DNA of 63,627 bases, the filler included, from Octopus bimaculoides (lineage: Eukaryota), in the NCBI RefSeq assembly GCF_001194135.2. It is 4 parts of 4 records of this genome, joined end to end, with 100 filler letters (N's around TTAATTAATTAA, not from the genome) between each part and the next. Parts side by side here need not be neighbours in the genome. Positions count along the whole stretch, not along the records: positions 31,607 to 48,315 come from NC_068993.1; positions 48,416 to 62,387 come from NC_068999.1; 2 more parts are not named here. The stretch is one strand, 5' to 3'. The position numbers were made by a program, and so were the translations under genes. Of this stretch, positions 38,247 through 51,498 are shown in pieces (the stretch's first letter is position 1; the number at the start of each line of letters is the position of its first letter). Below the pieces are notes generated by a model. The model was not told the DNA's origin, did not search any database, and saw only the letters and a program-made list of their open reading frames with translations.

Positions 38247-38772
38247 TACATACAACACGTATAATTTAACATTTATCACATTTCTTGGTGTTTATAAAAA
38301 ATGATGAAATGAATACTAGTTCTCAAAAGAAAAATATTTATTACCTTAAAATAAAATAAAATAAAACAAAATTCTCATTAAAATATAAAAAATTACATTA
38401 AAATTAAATAAAACATATTTCTCATTATAAGTAAATAAAACAAGTGTCCTTCCATAACTATTCTATCAGTTGTCTCTCTTCCGTTTCTCTATGATTCTTT
38501 CTCCTTGACTCTGTATGTTCATTTACTCATTGACTGCCCTCAAACCTGGTATGTGTTCTCATCTTGCATCTCTTTATCTGCCTTTTGCACTCTTTCCCCA
38601 TCTTTCTATACAATCAAAAGTAGCTGGAGAAATTAACCGTCCCCAAAAGAAAATTTTAATATATAGACACACGCACACACACACACATACACACGCACAC
38701 ACACACACACTCACACACAAAGACACAGACACACACACACTCACAGACATACACACAGACCCGCATACAACT

Positions 38773-39050
38773 TAACCTTGCTCTGGCAAGGGCGGTGTGG
38801 ATAGTGGTGATGGGATATCCACGAAGAATGAAGTGACAAGCCATGAGTTGAGACTGAGTCTCAAAGTCATGATTGTCACTGCACAACCTGCGCAGACAGA
38901 GGAACTGGGAGTAGGGGGTGGAGAGCTTGGTGTGGGTAGGGTGGGAGGAGGAGAAGTTGAACTCAACCACATATTGACTAACACCGGGATCTCTCTTGAC
39001 TCAAAAAGTATTGTCACTTCGTTAGCGACCGGCTGGAACTCTCTCAAGAA
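38773..39050 (-). pseudogene. Penelope-like retroelement fragment (RT thumb region)
   Basis: NFSSSHPTHTKLSTPYSQFLCLRRLCSD..DF...L...F..RGYP...I..AL.RAR is the typical PLE post-RT motif. Confidence 0.75.
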
Positions 39051-39179
39051 GAAAAATAAAACTCAAAGAAAAATCATATACATATATCTTATGCACACAC
39101 ACATACACACACGCACACCGCACACACACACACACACGCNNNNNNNNNNNNNNNNNNNNNNNNNNNNNNNNNNNNNNNN

Positions 39180-39450
39180 CACAAAGCCCGAAGCTGTAGC
39201 AGAAGACATCTGCCGAAGGTGCCACGCAGTGACACAGAATCCGAAACCCTGTGGTTGGGAATCAATCTTCTTACCACAAAAGCAGATGGGCTTCCCAGCA
39301 GTTTCCGCTTCCCAAATTCATTTGTAAATCATTTTGGTCAATCCGGGATTAAATCAGAAGACACTTCCCTGAGGTACTGCTCAACTAGATTGAACCCCAA
39401 ACCCCGAAGATTGCGAAACGAACTTGTTAACAACACAACCTTACCTGCGT
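39180..39450 (-). mobile_element. Two partial group B SINE heads and cores
   Basis: gtagcagaagacatctgccgaaggtgccacgcag, followed by a second, more decayed copy. Confidence 0.55.
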
Positions 39451-40282
39451 CTAAATTAATAGAGGCAAAAAATCCATTCGTTCGAAATGTGCTCTTCCTT
39501 TTCTCACACACGACAAAAAAAAAAAGAAACCCAAAAAAACATCAAAGTAAAAGAAAACAACTTTGAGGAAGAAATCCACAGACACAAGGACTGCCTAGAA
39601 ACAGTTTTCACATCTAAATTTAAGTGTGATTGCTATCTCGGTGAGGCTGTCATATATGTTACATATTTTCATACAATTAGTTAGTAGGGGAAATCATAAC
39701 ACCCGGAAGATGTTAATATGAGCATTATGAAGAAACTCAAATATTTCAAGTCCCTATTTAAGAAAAGAACCAAAATTGTTCCCAGAATATTGGGTTTCAA
39801 ACATATTAATGAGTTCCCTTGAGTAAGTTCCACTTCAAGAAAGAAAAAAACAAAAAAGAGAAGAAAAAACATTAACATAAATTTTGTTTGCAATTAAAGG
39901 AAAATATAACGAAGACATCTTGTGTATATATGCGTGTGTAAATGTATGTGTAAATGTGTGTTGTGTGTATATAAATATATATGTTTCTAAGGAGCTAGTG
40001 AAGAACCTCTTTGTTCTCAGCCTGCTAGAAATAGCGGTCAAATATCGTTCAAATCCCACCATCACCACCACCACCATTATCTTAGGATACATTAGGTACT
40101 GTTATCCTCGGTGCAATATCTGAAATCTCCTGTCCCGCCAAAAACAAAAGCTAAAAACAAAAAATAAAAACAAACAAACAAACAAACAAAAAGAAAAGGA
40201 AGGAAATTGTCATGTCCGGAACGGTCTCTGAGCATATAAATATGGGCTAGCAGTATCACCGATAACCGTGTTACTAATATTG

Positions 40283-40495
40283 ATCTCAAATTTGGGTGCC
40301 AGACCAGCAGTTTCGGGGGAGTGGACAAGTCGATTACATCGACCTTAGTGTTTAACTGGTACTTATTTTATCGACCCGAAAGGTTGAAAGGCAAATCCGA
40401 CCTTGATGGAATTTGAACTCTGAATGTAAAGACGGACGGAATGCCGCTAAGCATTTGGTCCGGTGTGTTGATAATTCTGTTATGTCGCCGCCTTA
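40283..40495 (-). mobile_element. Group A SINE (a decayed plus-strand copy follows at about 40565-40770)
   Basis: Core and head motifs in reverse complement. Confidence 0.75.
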
Positions 40496-41646
40496 ATCAC
40501 TCTAACTAATATTACCACAGACTACCATTTTACAGGTGAGGCTGCAATAAATCAACGCGTTTCACTGTTGTGGCAGAATTGGTAGAGCATCGGACAGTGT
40601 TTTGCAATATTTAGTTACAAATCCCTATGTTCTGAGTTCAAATCCTGCTAAAGTCAGCCTTGCTTTGCGTCCATCTGAATCTGAAGGTTTATAAAATAAA
40701 GTACCATTCAAGTGCTGGGATCAGTGGGAGGTAGAGCCTCGCCCAAAGTTGAGGCTTTATGGCCATGTTATGTTAAGCTGATGATGATGATAATGATGGT
40801 GGTGGTATTGGTGGTAGTAGTGGTGGTGATGATGAAGATGATGATGATGATGATGATGATGATGCCCATGATGATGATATGAATGTGATGGTGGTGGTGG
40901 TGATGATAATGCTGTTTAGCTTCAGGCTGGTACTGATAAGAGCAGGTATATGATCAAAAGTGAGTCATTAATCGTTACCCCAAGCATTTTATGGGGTAAC
41001 CAGGACAAAATATCATGACGGTAGGGTGTAATTTGAGTTTGCTTTGTTATTTCTAGCAAGCCTAGCAACCACTTAGACGTACCATCTACAAATTCTGTTG
41101 GTGACGTCATCAATGGCTCAACCAGATACAAAATGTGGCATTGTAACTATTAGATCATTAATATTCTCCGGTAGATAGACTTTCGAAGCACCAGGTGTGG
41201 AATGTAACTTAAATTTCTAATATCAACAGCTACAGCAACAATTACAGCTACAACAACAGCAACAACAATAACAGCAACAACAATAAGCCCAACTGACTAA
41301 CAAAACTGTTTATTGCGTTATATAACGAGAGATTATCTTGGAACTTGTCACATATTTTACAGATTGTATTTCATATTGATGTTTAAGGTTTGAGATTCTC
41401 ACCGTATTCGGTGGCGCATTTTTTTGCCTCGCTTTCTTCTTCTTCTTCTTCTTCTTCTTCTTCTTCTTCTTCTTCTTCTTCTTCTTCTTCTTCTTCTTCT
41501 TCTTCTTCTTCTTCTTCTTCTTCAAAACTCTCAACAAACTACTCTTAATATTAATGATGTTATTTATTTATTTATTTTATTTATCTATGTATACATATAT
41601 TTTTATGTTTAGATAACTATTTATTGTTGTTATGGTTGTTATTATT

Positions 41647-41714
<68 letters not shown>

Positions 41715-41716
<2 letters not shown>

Positions 41717-42585
41717 GCAAATATCTATTGCGTTCTACTTTCATGGGCAGGGATGTTGTCTAGAGGTTTGGTGGCAACATGTCTCTTCAAATCTCGAGAA
41801 TCTTTCTTGGGATTCTTGCAGAATACATAATGGCACTTTTCTGCAGGACGACAGTGCGGGTTTCAGTCTCTCATGTAGCAGTCTGGGTGTTCTACCAAGA
41901 ACACCAAGGACCACAAAAACAACTGAAAACTTTGTCTTCCAGAATCTCTTCATCTCTCTGGCTAGGTCCTGATATTTCTCCTATTTCTCAATTTCTTTGA
42001 AATCCATTGTATTATTATATGGTACTGCAATGACTAAGATCTTACACCGCTTGTTTCTTCTGTCCTCTGCAAACATATTTGGTAACTTTGCTGAGTAATA
42101 CGACCTTTATGGTGAAATCTCATAAAATCCTGTGATTCTTTTTCTGTGTCAAATCCTTTGGAGTGTGTTCATACCACTTTTCTGTCACTTTGAATCCACA
42201 CATTCAGCTAACATCCCAATAAACTCATTTACATACATAGTCAAGCTCTCGTTTATAATCTTTTTGTGCTACCCTACTGCATTCACGGACGAGATGACTG
42301 GTACTTTCGTTTCCTTTTCCACAGATTCAGCTTTTGCTCTCTAAGTTTAATTAATTTTTCCCTATTTCAAATTCGTTCTAATTTTTGTTTCTCAGGGGCT
42401 TTAATTGGCGATTCAGTTTCTCGTTTCAGGTTTCCATCTGTCAGTCACAACCAGTTCTCTTAACTTCCTCCATCCTCGGTTTGGTACATGTGTTTGCCAT
42501 GTAGTTCCTTCTCTGTATAGTTGAGTGTTCTGCTGTCCTTCCTTCTGTTCCTGAATTATCCAACTGTTTCAGTGACCTTTTGCAT
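41715..42585 (-). pseudogene. Degenerate R4/Dong-like element (CCHC knuckle plus RLE), bounded by (TAA)n
   Basis: Frameshifted KPET.. / LCGKGNESTSHLVREC / KWYEHTP / ILVIAVPY..EKYQDLARE / FVVLGVLG. Confidence 0.7.
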
Positions 42586-42589
42586 TATT

Positions 42590-43060
42590 ATTATTATTGA
42601 GTGAGAGAGCAGTGCATGACATCAAAGTGACACTAAGGTACAAATATACGAAGCCCAATGTTATCCATCATGACTACCCCTCTGATAGGGGTACACCAGA
42701 CACACGCATCACAACCATTTGTGCGCGACATAGTGATCTCATATCGAGATAAACAACGCACGACCTTGCAGGTGGGACCCTGTTAGAATTTTCGAGTAGC
42801 CTATCTCACTCAAAAGGTCTCCGAATAAGGTTTGTTTAAGGATCATGAACGAAATACTTGTTTCCTGGGGTGAATTATTTAAACTCAAATGAATTACTTT
42901 TAACACATAGCCATGGTGCTCCTCATTTCTCCTGATCGTGATCAGAGATGCACATATCGTCAGCTACTAAGGGACATGCTCAACTGATTAAGGTCAAGCA
43001 ACTGACAAGCAACTGACAACTGTAGTATTGAGCAGAGTATTTTCTGTAAACCATCATTTA
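42590..43060 (-). repeat. Probable non-autonomous retroposon ending in an (AAT)n tail
   Basis: GC-balanced block whose reverse complement ends ...cactgctctctcactc-(AAT)n. It is a single copy in the window, so the assignment is tentative. Confidence 0.3.
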
Positions 43061-43133
43061 TATCAAGACAAAACATGTACACGATAAACAGTTAAGATGA
43101 GAGCTACTGCTTGGTACTGCATCAGGGCAATTA

Positions 43134-43194
<61 letters not shown>

Positions 43195-43530
43195 AATCAA
43201 AATTTAAAGAAGAGTGCCATTTACTATCTCGTGAACAATATTTCGACATCTTGCGTGTCTTCCACTGGTTCAAAAAATAAATTTGTCAATCTACTTCATT
43301 TTCGTTTATATAGAAAGGATTGAGGTAACTCCTCCTGAAGATATAGAGTTACCTCAATCCTTTCTATATANNNNNNNNNNNNNNNNNNNNNNNNNNNNNN
43401 NNNNNNNNNNNNNNNNNNNNNNNNNNNNNNNNNNNNNNNNNNNNNNNNNNNNNNNNNNNNNNNNNNNNNNNNNNNNNNNNNNNNNNNNNNNNNNNNNNNN
43501 TTATTATTATTATTATTATTATTATTATTT

Positions 43531-43630
<100 letters not shown>

Positions 43631-43639
43631 CATCATGAT

Positions 43640-44030
43640 ACCCTTAAAACAGCAATTAGTGGTAATTCTGGCGGATGTATGGAGTGATATTTTCATCGAT
43701 TGTTGTTGGGTGTATACCAGGTTTGTCAGGATATAAAGAATGACCAGAACTGGTGCATTATGTATCTACTCATCGGTTTGGGCCTCGATACATTTGACGA
43801 TGTAACACAACGGTCACGGTAAAGGCATCTGATAATGACGCTGCCCTTTTGGCTCGTTCGTACTTTCGTATCATAACACAGGCAAAGGGTAAGTGTCGAG
43901 GTTGATAGAAACAACATGTGTTTGGAAGGAATCTGTTTGGGCATTAACGACCCTTGAAAAGCCAAAAGGATCAATTCGGAGCTTTGCCGTCTTGTCGTAT
44001 GTGCGGAAAAAAGCAATGAGATTGGAGGTG
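43640..44030 (+). pseudogene. Highly decayed R4-like fragment
   Basis: ...LPSCRMCGK(S)NE knuckle start, next to a (TAT)n array. Confidence 0.35.
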
Positions 44031-44043
44031 AGCGCAATGAAGA

Positions 44044-44098
<55 letters not shown>

Positions 44099-44341
44099 AT
44101 AGTGGTGGTGGTGGTGGTGGTGGTGGTGGTGGTAGCAGTAGTAGAGGAAGAAGAAGAAGGAGGAGGAGGTGGAGGAGGAAAAGAAGAAGAAGAGGAAGAA
44201 AAGGAAGAAAAAGAAGAAAAAGAGGAGGAGGAAGAGGTGACTTGTCTCTGAATTCTTTCCATATTCGACCATTACGGTGATGAACATTACTCCCAGATGC
44301 ATAAATAAAGTTTGCCTTTGCATTCCTTTAATTTTAAAAAC

Positions 44342-44390
<49 letters not shown>

Positions 44391-46676
44391 TTTATTATTA
44401 TTATTTTCCCTTCCTGATTTCTCTAGCGGCAACTTTTGCTGAAGGGTGACGATATTAGTTCGCCGGATACTGGTGAACAAGGGTATGTATTCTCAAAATT
44501 AATAAACAAATATGTTTATTATGAGATAATGTTTAGCATGTGTCGAAGGGAAGTAGCGAAAGAAGCCTCCAATTTTTTAAAATGTTGGGAATACTTAAAC
44601 ATTCACATATGTATACGTGTGTTTATGTCTATAAGTGTGTATGCATGAACGCATGAACGTATGTATGTATGTATCTATGTATGCATGTATGTATGTATGT
44701 ATGTATTTATGGATGGATGGATGGATGGATGGATGGATGGATGTGTGTATGTGTGCAAAAACAATGCTCAGTACCAAAAGAGATTTGTAATACGTTTTGG
44801 TCCATTCTGGAGATTGTTCTTTAGTGAGATTCTCAACGTTTTGCTTGATTGAAGAATTGAATAAACAAAGAAACTCTCGAGTAATAGGTTCTAAATTAGC
44901 CGAAATATCATCCATCCATCCATCCATCCATCCATCCATCCATAAGTACGTACTACATACATAATATATACATACATAATATATACATACATACATAACA
45001 ACAAATGTATGATGTGTCAATGCACTACAGCTGTTTCCAACGAACTTTTAATTGATTAATGGAGACATTACATCATTAGAAAAAACCATTTTCATTAGGT
45101 GACTACACGAACCGTAACACCCAAAAACATTCAAAATCCAATGGGGGCTGTGTATCTTCATGATTCTATGACCCTTGCCGTTCATTGTGTACGTAGATAT
45201 ACATACATTCGGATACACATACAAGTATATAGTGTTGTTAATAAATAAGAAATATAGTGACTGACAAATATACTGATGGTGATGCTGTATATCATTTGTA
45301 GAATTCAGTAATTATATTAGATTTGACTGGGACTGTTGGTAATGGTGGAGATGATGATGGCGACGGTGGAGATGGTCAAGGTAGGGATAGTGAAGACGGT
45401 GACAATGATGGCAAAGTGATGGTGATAATGGAGATGGTGATAGTGGGGACAGTGGCAGTGATGGCGGAGAAGATGATGATGATGGTGGAGGAGTGAAGGT
45501 GGCGATGTTATATAATGACATTCAAACCATGACCATCTCAGCTTTTTGTTTTTGAGATATATTTCATATTAATCAGTAGGTTCATTCAGTTTAAAAACAA
45601 TAAAGTAAAATTTGAAAGGAATTTAGCTGCTATAGCTTGGAAGCCGAGTAACCAAGTAGTTTAACCCACCCCTTCGTCGTCGTCTTTGCTAATTGCGGTA
45701 TTGATGAAATATAAGTTGTTCTTTTTCTTATTCATTTTCAGTTGATAAAAATAAATTAAAAAAAGCCTGACTGCGAATCGAGGCACACTGCAGAGAACTG
45801 TGAAATAGAGATGGAATGTATCAAGCTGTATGTTTTACTGGAAGTTAATACCAGCCATGTTCACCGTGGTGGATGTATAAAGTTACCAACATACAAAGCA
45901 AAACGTATTAAATGACGAATTGTAAGCATTGATAAAATAACACAGCATATACTGTTTCAAATGTGGCTACTGTTCAGAGAGAATGACAAGAGTCCCAATC
46001 TGTATTTGCCAACTGGAAAAGGAAATATTTTAAATTAATGTTTCAGGAAGGTTACTATCATTCATCGCGCCGTTTAAATATAAAAAAAAACACAAAAAAA
46101 ACCGATAAAAAATAAGCAAAAAAAGGCCATTATAAAGTATCTTGTTCGACTATTATACAGTCACCATTGTATGTACCCTGATCACATGACAGGAAGAGAA
46201 ATGGCGGAAATACAGTGTTAATAAAGTTCTTATATGGAAATATATTTAGTGTAAAACACCATTGTCATAGTTCATAGCGTAAATCTCTCCAAGGAGAGCT
46301 TTGTACATACGACAAGGTACTTGGGACGTAAAAGATTCCTGCTGACTCGTAAAGATGATCGTTTGTGATTCTATTTATCTACGTATATACGTTTTTGCAT
46401 ACACTGAGGAATATGTGTATACACACTTGAACACATACGTACAAACACAGACACACACACACATGCACACACACACACACACACACACCTATTGACATAC
46501 CTATATGTGTGTACATAAGAAACGCACACACGTATATATATATACATTTATATATGTATATATATATATCAACATAAATATATAGTTAGTATTTAATAAA
46601 TCGTATCGTATACGATCACTAACTTAGTGTTCGTTGGGTATATATCTTCCATCTTCCGCCTGTCTCATTAATTACA

Positions 46677-46760
<84 letters not shown>

Positions 46761-46962
46761 TAGAATACACACACATATTCACACATTATTTATGAGTTAA
46801 CGCTTATGGTTCTGGATTTTTATATACTATGTTCAAACTCTTTTGAGACTCACTTAGTCTTTCATTTCTCCTCAGTCCATAATTTAACAACCAATTGGTT
46901 CTGAGGCTAATTAAATAAGTTGCGTTCTTTATCTACAAACATATCATAAACGTGTGTATGTG

Positions 46963-47007
<45 letters not shown>

Positions 47008-47523
47008 TACATGTACACACACAAATGTGACCTGGCTCGATGGCTCGATGGCAGTCATTAACACAACAACTGTACGACTTTATCTCGAATAGGGAAGGGT
47101 TTTAAACTTATGCAAAAAGGAGTAAAACACATTTATGTCGGAGGTAATCTCCCCTTCTAATGTGGAACCGATCGTAATTGTGCAACTTGTAGTTATGATA
47201 CATCCTATAGAGAATGTTAATGTGTCAAGAATTTGTATGTATTTGTCTATGTTGATCAAATGTATGCCACTGACCATTCTCAATTATTTCTTTTAACTCA
47301 ATGTTTTTTAAAAAATTATATATATATATATATGTATACATACATACATGCATACCCACACATACATACACACACACACATATTGTCTGCGTACATCTGA
47401 TGTTTTGGGAGTGTTCTAAAATCATAAAGCTTTAAGTAATGTGAAGCTTGGTCAGTCTTTTAGTATATACATAGGTATTTATATACACATTTATACACAC
47501 ACATGTATAAATACAAATGTATG

Positions 47524-47902
47524 CTCTTTTACTTTTTTACTCTTTTACTTGTTTCAGTCATTTGACTGCGGCCATGATGGAGCACCGCCTTTAGTCGAGC
47601 AAATCGACTCCAGGACTTATTCTTTGTAAGCCTAGTATTTATTCTATCGATCTCAATTTGCNNNNNNNNNNTGGGGGGGGGGGACAAACACAGACATACA
47701 AACACACACACACATATATATATCCATATACATATATACGACAGGCTTCTTTCAGTTTCCGTCTACCAAATCCACTCACAAGGCTTTTGTCAGCACAAGA
47801 CCACAGTAGAAGACACTTACTGAAGGTGCCACGCAGTGGAACTGAACCCGGAACCATGTGGTTTGTAAGCAAGCTACTTACCACACAACCACTCCTGCGC
47901 CT
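47524..47902 (-). mobile_element. Group B SINE (small internal gap)
   Basis: Head at 47902 and (GTAAAAGA)-type tail at 47524. Confidence 0.85.
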
Positions 47903-47971
47903 ATATGTATATGTACTTATTTATGGTGTTCCTACTTCAGAGTAATCCTTATTTTTATATTGTCAATATGT

Positions 47972-48007
<36 letters not shown>

Positions 48008-48012
48008 GTGTA

Positions 48013-48050
<38 letters not shown>

Positions 48051-48178
48051 TGTCTGTATGCGCGTGTGTGTGTATATAAATTACATGCATTTTGTGCCCG
48101 TGTATGTACGTGTATATTATATCATGAAATGATTTTGCGATACCAATTTTTACTATGTGCAAGGTCATGTGGTTAAGG

Positions 48179-48232
<54 letters not shown>

Positions 48233-49235
48233 CCCCGAAGAAAATTCTAGACGTTTACAGTAAAAAAATACTATCTCCACAACACAACGCTGGTTTTGCA
48301 ACATGAAACTTGTTTNNNNNNNNNNNNNNNNNNNNNNNNNNNNNNNNNNNNNNNNNNNNTTAATTAATTAANNNNNNNNNNNNNNNNNNNNNNNNNNNNN
48401 NNNNNNNNNNNNNNNTATATATATATATATGTATATAAAAGAAGGAGAAAATTTAGAGCCAAACCAGATAAATAGACAAGTGTATGGATATATCTTGAAA
48501 GATTGGAAAGTTACTAGACATATAGATATATGAAATAATTGACAGCCACGAGAAAAGTTTAGTGCTAATATGTCGGACATCATTTGTGAGATTATCAGAT
48601 TAGAATCTACTTATCTCTTCAGTTTTGGTGATCAATGTCACGGGAACTGTCAAAGTAAATGCCAGTCTTTTTTTAAAGTTTTCAGTTAGTGAGTCACTCT
48701 ACTGACGGTTTTACTTAACCAACGTTCTTATGTGTTTATGTATCCTGTGAAGAAGTAGTGTGTTACTTTTACATAACAATACTTAAATATAAACACGCTT
48801 GCTAATATTTCAATATGTTTGTTAAGGTCTCATTTTCCTTTCATTAGAATTTCTCTTCGACCGAAAAATCTGTTTCTCTGAAAAGGCGTACGGACACACA
48901 CATACACACAGAAATACTCACATACACACCACACATGTATTTACATAGACGTGGTCTAAACCCCCCATGGACACATACATGCGACATACGTACATATACT
49001 AAAATACGCACGCTGATACGTATATATATGTAGGCATGTATATATATATATATATATATATATATCTTGGAATCTGAAGCAGCTGGAGATACGACAGTTT
49101 GGCCAAAATAACTAGCTATTCCAAGCAAAAATGAATTTTGTCAAAATTGGACATACGACAGATGAACATAATAGCAACACACATATATATATATATGTAT
49201 GTGTATGTGCGTGTGTGCGTGTGCGCGTGCGTGTG

Positions 49236-49267
<32 letters not shown>

Positions 49268-49849
49268 CGTGTGTGTGTGTGAATATATAACCATATACTT
49301 TTTATATATACATGAATATATATGTGCGTATGTAGATGTTTTCGTAATACACGCAAAAGATATATGTAGAAAGAGGGAAATAAATAGATAGATAGATGAA
49401 TAGATAGATAGATAGATATTGTAATTGAGACATTCATTCTCTCAAAAATGTGGGACATGATTTTGGAAGGTAGCATCTACCTTGTGGATCGCATTCTTCT
49501 TTTAAAGATTAACTTAGTCTCCACGCTAAGACGTGTGAGTTGGTGAGAGATCTTTTCTGAAATTAATGTGGAAACTAATGCGGAAATTTCTGTTGATTTA
49601 TAAAGTCTACCATGCATACATTCCCCTTATCCTCAGCCATCTGTGCTATCGAATCCTCTCAGAAATAAATACGGACAATTGTTATTCAATCACACTGTGC
49701 ATAGCGGAAAAGGATTGAAATAATAGCTTAAAATATAAAAAAAAAAGCCCAGTAGATTCTGCGGAGGTGTTAAATCAATTCCAAAAGTACTAAAGGCAAA
49801 ATCGACCCCGGCGGGATTTGAACTGAGAACGTAAAATAAACGAAATATT

Positions 49850-50062
49850 GGTTTCAAATTTTGGCTCAAGTCCAGCAAGTTCGAGGGTGAGGTAAGTCGA
49901 TAACAACAACTCAATGCGCATTTGGTACTTATTTTATCAACCTCGAAAGGATGAAATACAAAGCCGATCTCGGCGGAGTTTGAACGCAGAACGTTAAAGA
50001 CAGGCGAAATGCCACTAAGTGTTTTGCCCGGCGTGCTAAAAATTTGGTCAGCTTACTGCTTT
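49850..50062 (-). mobile_element. Group A SINE (partial copy also at about 49780-49845)
   Basis: Core and head motifs. Confidence 0.65.
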
Positions 50063-51442
50063 AGGGAAACGAAATATTAAGAAGCAGTTCAAAGGAAATG
50101 AAAGCCCTGCAATGACAACAGTAACGGTCACGTAAAATAATATATCCAGTGTGACAGTTTTGAGCCCTGCCATAGATTTGTTTCAGATTTGAAACTGTTG
50201 TTCAAAATATCATTCTTGCGTTGAAATAAGGAGAGCCGAAACGACATCAAACAACTATAATAGAATATAAACCAAAACAGACAAAAAATAAATTGAAAAA
50301 ACCACGATACACACCTAAGGAATAAAAATATTTTTATTTCAGACGTTGATGAAATTTGAGTGGACGTTTTAAATAATAGATTGGGAACAATAACAACAAA
50401 CATTTCTACATACATTTATTCATTTTATTGGTTTGTTAGTATCAATCTTTGAACTACTGCCATGCTGCAGTATAAAGCTTCAGGGATTTAGTCAATCACA
50501 TACATAAAATCAATATTTTATGAGGTCCTATTTGTCAGGTTTCATGGGATTTAACATAGCGACATCGTAATGTTTAACGAGTGTTAAGGTTCTGCAAACA
50601 TGAATGCACACATAACATATATTGTATATATATATATATATATNNNNNNNNNNNNNNNNNNNNNNNNNNNNNNNNNNNNNNNNNNNNNNNNNNNNNNNNN
50701 NNNNNNNNNNNNNNNNNNNNNNNNNNNNNNNNNNNNNNNNNNNNNNNNNNNNNNNNNNNNNNNNNNNNNNNNNNNNNNNNNNNNNNNNNNNNNNNNNNNN
50801 NNNNNNNNNNNNNNNNNNNNNNNNNNNNNNNNNNNNNNNNNNNNNNNNNNNNNNNNNNNNNNNNNNNNNNNNNNNNNNNNNNNNNNNNNNNNNNNNNNNN
50901 NNNNNNNNNNNNNNNNNNNNNNNNNNNNNNNNNNNNNNNNNNNNNNNNNNNNNNNNNNNNNNNNNNNNNNNNNNNNNNNNNNNNNNNNNNNNNNNNNNNN
51001 NNNNNNNNNNNNNNNNNNNNNNNNNNNNNNNNNNNNNNNNNNNNNNNNNNNNNNNNNNNNNNNNNNNNNNNNNNNNNNNNNNNNNNNNNNNNNNNNNNNN
51101 NNNNNNNNNNNNNNNNNNNNNNNNNNNNNNNNNNNNNNNNNNNNNNNNNNNNNNNNNNNNNNNNNNNNNNNNNNNNNNNNNNNNNNNNNNNNNNNNNNNN
51201 NNNNNNNNNNNNNNNNNNNNNNNNNNNNNNNNNNNNNNNNNNNNNNNNNNNNNNNNNNNNNNNNNNNNNNNNNNNNNNNNNNNNNNNNNNNNNNNNNNNN
51301 NNNNNNNNNNNNNNNNNNNNNNNNNNNNNNNNNNNNNNNNNNNNNNNNNNNNNNNNNNNNNNNNNNNNNNNNNNNNNNNNNNNNNNNNNNNNNNNNNNNN
51401 NNNNNNNNNNNNNNNNNNNNNNNNNNNNNNNNNNNNNNNNNN

Positions 51443-51498
<56 letters not shown>

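Noticed and set aside
48620-48690. FGDQCHGNCQSKC, EGF-like, after a plus-strand acceptor
   Set aside because: The frame stops soon after, the Cys pattern is incomplete and there are no partner exons.
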